Below, in pieces: positions 27,099-33,660 of a DNA stretch of 56,666 bases. A program made the translations under genes and the position numbers. Numbering within the stretch: position 1 is the first letter of the stretch; the number at the start of each line of letters is the position of its first letter. The notes under the pieces were generated by a model. The model ran no database searches, was not told the DNA's origin, and saw nothing but the letters and a program-made list of their open reading frames with translations. The DNA is taken from positions 1 to 56,666 of the forward strand of contig JACQAW010000342.1 in assembly GCA_016194725.1 (NCBI GenBank), in the 5' to 3' direction. This DNA comes from Deltaproteobacteria bacterium. Lineage in GTDB: Bacteria > Bdellovibrionota > UBA1018 > UBA923.

Positions 27099-28853
27099 TT
27101 AGTAGGATTCACCGGCAAAGTTGACCCGGTGGTATTTAATGAACGTGCCCAGAAACGCGTCGTCGGTAAAGGCATGGTTTTGGACCCAGGGCTGGGTGAG
27201 CTGGTTGTCAATACGGGTCAGCAGTGGCACATAGGGCAGGTCTTCATCCATGATCTGCTGAAAGCGGTGAATCTTGGCCATTCGCGGTTTCCCGTTCGAA
27301 AGTGCTGCAATCTCGTCACCCAGGCGGTCTACCTCGGGGTTTTTGTACCCCGCCGTATTGCCACCCACCCCGATGGACTGCGACACGGCCCGGCCCAGCG
27401 AGTCGTCGGCATCGGGAAAGGAGGTGATGAAGCCCAGCGTGCTCACCCCGAATTTCATCAGATTCAAGCGCTGCACCAGCACGGGAAACGTGAGGGCCTC
27501 AAGCTCGAGCGGGATTCCAGCTTCTCGCAGCTGCTGGGCCACGAGCTCGAAGAACTGGCGCTGCTCACTTTCGCTGGTTACCGAGAAGTTCAGCGCGGGC
27601 AACCCCTTGCCCTCGGCAAAGCCGGCCTTGGCCAGCAGCGCTTTGCTCAGCGAAAGATTTCGCCTGCCCCAGCGGCTCTTGAAGCCCGGGTCAAAGCCGT
27701 ACATGTTCGAGGCGATGATGGACTCGAGCTGCACCGCCTGTCCTGAAAAAAGCCGTTCGATGATTTTGGGAATGTCGAGGGCCAGGGCGAACGCCTGGCG
27801 CAGCTCTTTTTTCCGGCCCCACACCGCATCGAGCATGTTGAAGATGAACACGCGCGCCTCTTTGTGCGGCTCGCGTTCGAGGTGCAGACCGCGCGCCGCG
27901 ATGTCGGCCACCAGACCGCCTTTGGCATCGAGCACCACCGGAATATTGTCGCGAGTCAGCGTGGTCATGTCCAGCTGGCCCGCCATGAACTTGAGCCAGC
28001 GGGGCTGAGCCTCGGGCAGAATTTCAAAGACGACCTTGTCCACGAACGGCAGCGCGTGGTTGGCATCGGCCAGCAGCCCCCGCTTGCGGCTATCGGCATT
28101 GCCATCGGCGGGGTACAGGCGATGGTGGTAGTTCGGGTTTTTTACGCCCACGATTTTGGAATGCAGCTCGACCTCGCGCGCTAAAAACGGGCCCGTGCCC
28201 ACGGGGTGCGTGGCAAACTTGTCGCCGTAAAATTCCACGCACTCGCGCGCGATGATCGAGGTGCGGCTGTCGGTCAGCTCATCTGCCAGGCGCGGATGCG
28301 GGCGAGTGAGCCTGAGCTCGACCGAGTAGAGGCCAGTGGTGCGCACCCCTGAAATCGTGGCGGCCTTGCCCGCGTAAAAGTCGTCGATGCCCTCGATGAT
28401 GTGCTCGAACGTGTCGAAGTACGGCGAGTGAAGCCCGCGCGTGGCCATGCGCTCGAACATGTAAACCACGTCGGCCGAGGTCATCTCGCGGCCCTTGCCG
28501 TGGGTGGCGGCAAAGCAGGGGTCGTCGTGAAAAAAAACTTTCTTGCGCAGCTGTACCGTGAAGCGCTTGAAGTCGGCACTCGTGGTCGGCAGCTTTTCGG
28601 CCAGCCCCGGCGTCAGCTGATAAGGGCGCTTGAGGTAATGGTATTCGAAAAGCGTTTCGTAAAAAAGCTGAGTGGCCTGCCGGCTGTACAGCTCGCCCGC
28701 GGCCGTGGGGTCAAGCGTGGTGAGCTTCGCCGTCAGGGCAACCCGAAACTCATTGTGCTCGGCTACCATTGGAAGACTTGGCGCCGCGTGCAGGGCTACG
28801 AGTGGCATTAGAGCGAGCAGCGCCAGCAGTGCCATATTTCTTCCGGGATTCAA
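27099..28853 (-). CDS. ABC transporter substrate-binding protein, family 5 (peptide/nickel type)
   Basis: Signal peptide present. The length and motifs (LTTLDP, YSRQATQLFYETL, NPNYHH) are typical of OppA/DppA-like SBPs. Confidence 0.75.
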   Translation of the reverse strand: MNPGRNMALLALLALMPLVALHAAPSLPMVAEHNEFRVALTAKLTTLDPTAAGELYSRQATQLFYETLFEYHYLKRPYQLTPGLAEKLPTTSADFKRFTVQLRKKVFFHDDPCFAATHGKGREMTSADVVYMFERMATRGLHSPYFDTFEHIIEGIDDFYAGKAATISGVRTTGLYSVELRLTRPHPRLADELTDSRTSIIARECVEFYGDKFATHPVGTGPFLAREVELHSKIVGVKNPNYHHRLYPADGNADSRKRGLLADANHALPFVDKVVFEILPEAQPRWLKFMAGQLDMTTLTRDNIPVVLDAKGGLVADIAARGLHLEREPHKEARVFIFNMLDAVWGRKKELRQAFALALDIPKIIERLFSGQAVQLESIIASNMYGFDPGFKSRWGRRNLSLSKALLAKAGFAEGKGLPALNFSVTSESEQRQFFELVAQQLREAGIPLELEALTFPVLVQRLNLMKFGVSTLGFITSFPDADDSLGRAVSQSIGVGGNTAGYKNPEVDRLGDEIAALSNGKPRMAKIHRFQQIMDEDLPYVPLLTRIDNQLTQPWVQNHAFTDDAFLGTFIKYHRVNFAGESY

Positions 28854-28858
28854 CGCGA

Positions 28859-29263
28859 TTAGGCGTCCTTGCCTATGGTCAGCTTGCCCGCGCCATTGCC
28901 ATAAACGAGAAGCAGACCACCCATGATGGCCAGGTTTTTGAGCACCGAAACGACCTGCTCCTGACTGGCCACGTTCAGCCCGCTGGTGAAGGCCGCCTTG
29001 AAATGAAAGATATAGGTAACCGGAATCATGAAGGCAAACAGGATCAAAGCCCCCAGGCGAGCCCGAAACCCCGACGCCAGGCTAAGCCCGCAGCCCAGCT
29101 CGATGAGCACCGCCGCATAAAGAAAAAAAGGCGCGGCCGGCATGCCGGCCGCCGACATATGAGAAACCGTGCTTTCATAATTCCCAATCTTTGAGATGCC
29201 CGAAAGTATGAAAATCAGCGCTAACAGCAGCCTGCCTAAAAGTGAGCTCAAAGTCTGGGCCAT
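28859..29263 (-). CDS. DoxX family membrane protein
   Basis: LGRLLLALIFILSGISKI... with 4 TM helices matches the DoxX pattern. Confidence 0.75.
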   Translation of the reverse strand: MAQTLSSLLGRLLLALIFILSGISKIGNYESTVSHMSAAGMPAAPFFLYAAVLIELGCGLSLASGFRARLGALILFAFMIPVTYIFHFKAAFTSGLNVASQEQVVSVLKNLAIMGGLLLVYGNGAGKLTIGKDA

Positions 29264-29403
29264 GCGTTGGGTCCCCCCTGTTGTGCGATATCATTCGATG
29301 CGTTGCTTCCAGTCTAACAGGACAAGGTGTAATTGAAAATACCGCAAGACATCATAAGCCGGGGCCGTTATAAATAGGGCCTACCTTCGATCTCATCTCA
29401 AGT

Positions 29404-29489
29404 GCCGGGGTGGCGGAATTGGTAGACGCACAGGACTTAAAATCCTGGGCCTGGAAACGGGCGTATGAGTTCGATTCTCATCCTCGGCA
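29404..29489 (+). tRNA. tRNA-Leu (anticodon UAA), class II with long variable arm; CCA encoded at 29490-29492
   Basis: Acceptor stem GCCGGGG/CCTCGGC, anticodon stem-loop CAGGA-CTTAAAA-TCCTG, variable arm GGCCTGGAAACGGGC, and T-arm ATGAG-TTCGATT-CTCAT. Confidence 0.9.
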
Positions 29490-29556
29490 CCATTTTATGA
29501 GTTCTATTTTTGGTCTAAAAACGTAAACGAACGTAATTAAACAATGAGTTTTCCCT
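29467..29556 (+). repeat. Direct repeat copy 1 (attL-like): tRNA T-arm and 3' end plus about 65 nt downstream
   Basis: Aligns with 37402-37496. The core ATGAGTTCTATTTTTGGTCTAAAAA differs from the second copy by one T. Confidence 0.7.
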
Positions 29557-29767
29557 GAGTTTAGGCCCGTTCCAGCACCTCTTCCTGTCTCGAATTGGCT
29601 CGACCCGGCCTGAGTTGGCTAAAAGCTGGCTAAGGTTTGGCTAAGAGTTCGAGAGCCCAAAGTCACCCAAAACCAATGCGCGAAACACCACCACTCACGG
29701 GATAGTCCCGCGTGCCAGGTGCCAGTGGTGTTTCGCGCCAAAGGGCTTTGTCCAACAGGAGGCACAT

Positions 29768-29938
29768 ATGGATATCGGAAAACTCATTGGCAAGCTCATC
29801 ACGGTTGCTCTCGTTCTTGCAACGGCGGGAACGCTCTACGAAGTCACGATCGCGCTCAAAGAGGCCGCGCTCGATACGCAGAGGCATGGAATGGTGTCGT
29901 TGGGCGCGTTCAATCGACGGCTCGAACGAGGGCGTTAA
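29768..29938 (+). CDS. Small (56 aa) single-TM protein, below the ORF-track length cut-off
   Basis: AGGAGG lies 5 nt upstream of the ATG. The product is MDIGKLIGKLITVALVLATAGTLYEVTIALKEAALDTQRHGMVSLGAFNRRLERGR. A perfect 12-bp terminator hairpin follows immediately. Confidence 0.55.
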   Translation: MDIGKLIGKLITVALVLATAGTLYEVTIALKEAALDTQRHGMVSLGAFNRRLERGR

Positions 29939-29945
29939 TTTTAAA

Positions 29946-29979
29946 CGTGTGCGGCGGAGAACTCTCCCCGCCGCACACG
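29946..29979 (+). terminator. Intrinsic terminator
   Basis: CGTGTGCGGCGG-loop-CCGCCGCACACG forms a 12-bp perfect stem, followed by TTGTTTACTTATT. Confidence 0.7.
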
Positions 29980-30030
29980 TTGTTTACTTATTGAAGTCGG
30001 TTAGCTAATATATTTTTTCAAAATATGAAA

Positions 30031-30058
30031 AGCCGACAGCCGACAGCCGACAGCCGAC
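30031..30058. repeat. Heptanucleotide tandem repeat (AGCCGAC)x4
   Basis: Four perfect copies plus a partial GCC. It sits between an AT-rich promoter-like stretch (TTAGCT-17-TATGAA) and the GGAG SD of the ORF at 30080. Confidence 0.9.
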
Positions 30059-30079
30059 GCCAAGCCCATTGGAGACTCT

Positions 30080-30322
30080 ATGGCTCGGCTAGAGGATGCA
30101 ATCGGGAAGCTCTATCAGTGGCAATACGGCATTCGTGATCCGAACGACTTCACTTTTCAGCTTTTCACCCTGCTCCAGATGGCCAGTCCCAGCGAGTTTG
30201 AAAAACTTGCAACCGCATACCCTGACGAAGCGAAAGCCTTCAAGCTTTGGTACCAGTCTAGTGATCCGGTAGAATTTTTTAAAAATCACGGCGTTTGGAA
30301 AGGACCGCGCTTCAAGGATTGA
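30080..30322 (+). CDS. Hypothetical 80-aa protein
   Basis: GGAG SD upstream and an ordinary-looking protein composition. No family recognised. Confidence 0.45.
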   Translation: MARLEDAIGKLYQWQYGIRDPNDFTFQLFTLLQMASPSEFEKLATAYPDEAKAFKLWYQSSDPVEFFKNHGVWKGPRFKD

Positions 30323-30346
30323 GCCCCGCGCGCTCTATTTGTGACG

Positions 30347-30372
30347 AAAAGACGCAGTTACGTCTATTTTTT
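30347..30372. terminator. Hairpin AGACG-CAGTTA-CGTCT with A-run and T-run flanks (bidirectional terminator candidate)
   Basis: It lies 25 nt after the stop of the 80-aa ORF and is followed by a T6 run. Confidence 0.5.
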
Positions 30373-30433
30373 CAAACCACTGCATTCGCAGGAATATCAA
30401 CAACTTATATTTAAAACGCCTCAACAAAATCCG

Positions 30434-30462
30434 GAAACAGACGCAAATACGTCTGTTTTTTT
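30434..30462. terminator. Second, related hairpin ACAGACG-CAAATA-CGTCTGT plus a T-run
   Basis: 7-bp stem followed by T7. It shares the GACGCA..TACGTC core with the first hairpin. Confidence 0.5.
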
Positions 30463-30628
30463 CTTTTTCGCCCCTCTTCCCCTCTATGTAAATATCTGAT
30501 AATCCCTTTTGCGTTCAATCCTTTAGCCCTCATCTTGGGGAGCCGCGAACTTTTGGCTCAAGGGTTGCTGATGGTCTGTCCCGAATCGCGGAGCGATTTG
30601 GAATTGCCGTCAGTGAGAGAGGAACAAG

Positions 30629-31198
30629 ATGAGGGAGTCCATTGCAGAAATTTTCGCCATCGCAAAAAGCAGTAGGTTCACGGCCTACGAGCAGGGCGTG
30701 CTCGTGCATCTTCCAACTGGCGAAAACGTCACCGTAAAAATCGAACGCACCACCAAATCGCTGCGCCCCGTGGGCCTTCGTTTCTCGACGTTTGCATTCG
30801 TGACGGAAGTAAGCGCGGGCGCTGCTCGCGGTTTTGGTTACGGAGAAGCACCCACCCAACTTATCGCCCTCCAAAAAAGTATCGCCGAGGGTGTCGAGCG
30901 CGCTATTTATAAGGCACTCAAGGGCACCCCCCACGGAACGCCGAACTCGAATGGATGGGCGGCCCATATCAACCGGGAGCGCGCCGTCGAGTCTGCGGTT
31001 GACGAGCTTGCCGAGAGAGATGCAGTGCTCGTGCATTGGCTTCGCAAGATTCCAATGAAAGAAATTACGCCCGCGACCTGGCCGATCCGCATCGTGCGTT
31101 GGACGCAGACGGAACTTTTCCTCTCTCCCAAGTTCAATCAACTGCGCGTAGCCGACGCCGAGTTCTCGCGCGAGCTTACTGAGTTTGTCACCGATTGA
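30629..31198 (+). pseudogene. YcaO-like domain gene, 3'-truncated (tail is antisense of an AbiEii stub)
   Basis: ARGFGYGEAPTQLIALQKSIAEGVERA and SNGWAAHINRERAVESAVDELAERDAVLVHWL resemble the two N-terminal YcaO motifs (GxG...A..E..ER and sxGxAaH...A...ExxERDa..xW). At 189 aa it is less than half a normal YcaO. Confidence 0.35.
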
Positions 31199-31225
31199 TC
31201 GCGCCTGATTCTTGAGTTTGGTCAT
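31091..31225 (-). pseudogene. AbiEii/AbiGii-type toxin gene remnant (first ~45 codons only)
   Basis: Its ATG overlaps the AbiEi stop (ATGA). MTKLKNQARSIGDKLSKLARELGVGYAQLIELGREEKFRL resembles AbiEii N-termini. Downstream the frame becomes Arg-rich antisense of the plus-strand ORF, and no nucleotidyltransferase motifs are seen. Confidence 0.4.
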
Positions 31226-31854
31226 GCCGCTTGTCCTTCTGGCGCGATGGCCTCCCAATGACGCTCGACGAATTTCTCGAGCCCGAGCGCTTTTGCTTGA
31301 GCATGAATCTTCTGAAGCGTCGTTCGTTTCTCGGCAACTGCCGTTCGCGTCGCACGAAGCGCGACCCTTAGCCCCATTTTTGAGGCATACCGAAAAGTCT
31401 CAACAAGAGTTCGTTCAAGATTGGTGATTCGGTAAGTCCCATGGTCTTCAACCCCCTTGCGAGGATTAGTTTTTGTACGAATACAGCGGTACCGATGATC
31501 GTTGGCTTTTACGCTATAGGGAGTCATCATCCAGACGCGCTGCGGGACTTGCTCAATAAGCCCGTGATGAAAAAGGGCTGTCATGCCGCCGACTACCGAA
31601 TCAGGGCCAAGCTTCTCGCAGGCAACCACGTAATCTTGTTCCTCGGGCTTGATCGTCGAGTCGGGGTGCATGTACAGGCCGGCTCCCAGTCGCACGACCT
31701 GATTTGCCGCGACAAGCCGCGAAAGTGTAGGTTGGGAGATGCCAAGCCGCCTTGCATCGCCAATGCGAAATACGCCCATCTTCTTGAGCTGAGGAAGAAG
31801 TTTTGCGACTCTTAGAGGGCGGCCTCGTTTGGGCTTCGATCGACTCTTTTTCAT
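31222..31854 (-). CDS. Type IV toxin-antitoxin system AbiEi-family antitoxin
   Basis: N-terminal wHTH (FRIGDARRLGISQPTLSRLVAANQVVRLGAGLY) and a C-terminal AbiEi_4-like region (GGMTALFHHGL...). Confidence 0.7.
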   Translation of the reverse strand: MKKSRSKPKRGRPLRVAKLLPQLKKMGVFRIGDARRLGISQPTLSRLVAANQVVRLGAGLYMHPDSTIKPEEQDYVVACEKLGPDSVVGGMTALFHHGLIEQVPQRVWMMTPYSVKANDHRYRCIRTKTNPRKGVEDHGTYRITNLERTLVETFRYASKMGLRVALRATRTAVAEKRTTLQKIHAQAKALGLEKFVERHWEAIAPEGQAA

Positions 31855-31939
31855 CCAGCTATTCCTTCAAATAATTATGAATATAAGTAACCAAAAAGTC
31901 AAGTTTTTGTACTTTTCTATTCATAATAATAGAGAAACC

Positions 31940-32814
31940 CTAAAAATGAAAAAGTGCCGAGGACTCCTCCTCGGCACCCGTTCTTTGACAAACAATGACT
32001 GATCCGAAAAAGGCCACGATTCCGTTCCTCGCGGAGACGACTGTCGAAAACCTCCTAACGCCATCAGTTATTATCGAATGAGCACGCTTCGGGAGTTTAA
32101 AGAACTGCTGAATCGCGTTCTTCCCGCCCCAGAAGTAGATCGGCGCCCCGCGTGGATTTTCGAGCACCTCGTCGATCATTGATACTCCGAACGAGGCATC
32201 ATCATTGGATCTTGAGCGCATTCCTTCACCCCACTTTTCGTGAAGCCGGTTGCCGAAAGATCTTGAATTTACGAAGTACCAGACCATCGAAATCTCGGAT
32301 CTTGCGTGGTAGGCACGAAAGATTTTCTCGTAGCGACTGAGTTTCTTGGGATGAAGCTCGCACTCCACTGCAATCGCCCGCACCTTTCCGGTGTGGGTCG
32401 TTGCCGAGAAGATCGCGTCCGGTATCAGGGATCTCGTCTCGTCGCCGCTTCTTCGATGCGAATAAAGACGTCGCCTCATGCTCCGATCCAGCACCCAGTT
32501 TTCGTCAAGACCCAAGCTTTCCAAGGCCATGCGGATATCGGTCAACTGCACGTCGTGATCGAGGTTTAGGCGATTGATGCGAGGTAGCCTTTCCCCTTCA
32601 CCTGCCTCTTCTTCGCCTTGAACGCCCAGGCACCAGGAACAGCTCCCTGGATGCGCCTGATCCATTGCCCCTGCTCAAGTTTTCTTAGGCGCCGAAGGAG
32701 TGTCGTTTTGCGTATACCCGGGAAGGCCGTTTTCTCTACCTGGCGTGTTGAAAGTACGCCGTAGCGATCAAGCCGGTCCAAAAGCTCGCGGTCGCGAGTC
32801 GTTAATGTCGTCAT
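31940..32814 (-). pseudogene. Replication-relaxation (Replic_Relax) family gene, frameshifted
   Basis: The 82-aa ORF (32566..32814, LTTRDRELLDRLDRYGVLSTRQV...LLRRLRKLEQGQWIRR) matches the N-terminal wHTH. The 241-aa ORF (31940..32665, LDHDVQLTD...LIPDAIF...AVECELHPKKLSRYEKIF) matches the C-terminal nuclease-like core. The two frames overlap at 32566-32665. Confidence 0.55.
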
Positions 32815-32816
32815 GG

Positions 32817-33380
32817 TTAGTACCTCCTTTCCATTTGATTAAGCGCTCGCTCGATCGCAGATTGTCCCTTGATGGCAGAGTCAGCGGGCTTTGGTTTTGG
32901 CGGTTTGGGAGTAGGTTCTTCTTCATTTGGGTCAGGCAACCGCGATTCTAGTTCATCGATTTTCATGTGGAGCATCGAGACCTCATCGGCGAACGGGCGC
33001 ACTGCCTCTGAGAACTCCCAGCGCCTGGCAAAAAGCTCCCTCGTCTTGATTTCGAGCTCGGTTAGACGGTCCTCGATGACCTTGCGGTATTCATCTTCTT
33101 TCTTTTTCTTCTTCTGGAAATACTCGTTCACCTTGACTGTGACGATCATGACGGCCCAGATTAAGAGCCCGCCGCCCAGGACGTAAGGAATAGCCTGCCA
33201 CACCGCCGATACGGCGCTACAGATCAAATCCCAAAGCCCTGGCGGCTGCGGACCACGGAGAACAGCATGGGCGGTTTCAGGATAAAAGATCGGAATGCAT
33301 TGAATGACGGAATAGACAATAGCCACCGCAAGGGCAGCCAGGAGTAGGATGTCTCCCATAGGGTAAACGTCTCCCTTCAC
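32817..33380 (-). CDS. Membrane protein (2-3 TM helices) with cytoplasmic coiled-coil and Pro/Lys-rich tail, hypothetical
   Basis: ORF 32817..33380. The ATG at 33359 after AAGGGAGA is the more likely start. The stop lies 2 nt before the Replic_Relax start. Confidence 0.55.
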   Translation of the reverse strand: MKGDVYPMGDILLLAALAVAIVYSVIQCIPIFYPETAHAVLRGPQPPGLWDLICSAVSAVWQAIPYVLGGGLLIWAVMIVTVKVNEYFQKKKKKEDEYRKVIEDRLTELEIKTRELFARRWEFSEAVRPFADEVSMLHMKIDELESRLPDPNEEEPTPKPPKPKPADSAIKGQSAIERALNQMERRY

Positions 33381-33660
33381 CGGATTTTCAGGAGAAAACC
33401 GGGGTGGATGGTTTTTAGATTTCAGAACCAGCCTGGAAAACGCCTAGAAGTGCGAACACGCAATGTATGTGCATTCGCACATGTTTGATATAACGGTGAC
33501 CGGCCAAGCGCAATAATTTTATTTCTTTTTAATTTCAAATGGTTGTGAATTCTGGGCCGTTTTCAACCTGCCGAACGCGCCTTCCAGTCGATTCACGAAG
33601 GAATTCCGCGCCCTCGATCTGAAGGAACCATTAACAATTCGCGCGGCTTGTTTTGATTCT

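Noticed and set aside
30031-30058. The heptamer array considered as a CRISPR or a coding-sequence phase-variation repeat.
   Set aside because: The units are contiguous with no spacers, total only 28 bp, and lie outside any credible ORF. It is a simple tandem repeat, not a CRISPR.
30530-31258. A 242-aa minus-strand ORF that could be read as a full-length AbiEii toxin downstream of AbiEi.
   Set aside because: Only the first ~45 codons after the internal ATG (31225) look like AbiEii. The remainder is Arg-rich, lacks nucleotidyltransferase motifs, and is the antisense of a better-looking plus-strand ORF. I treat it as a stub plus a shadow frame.
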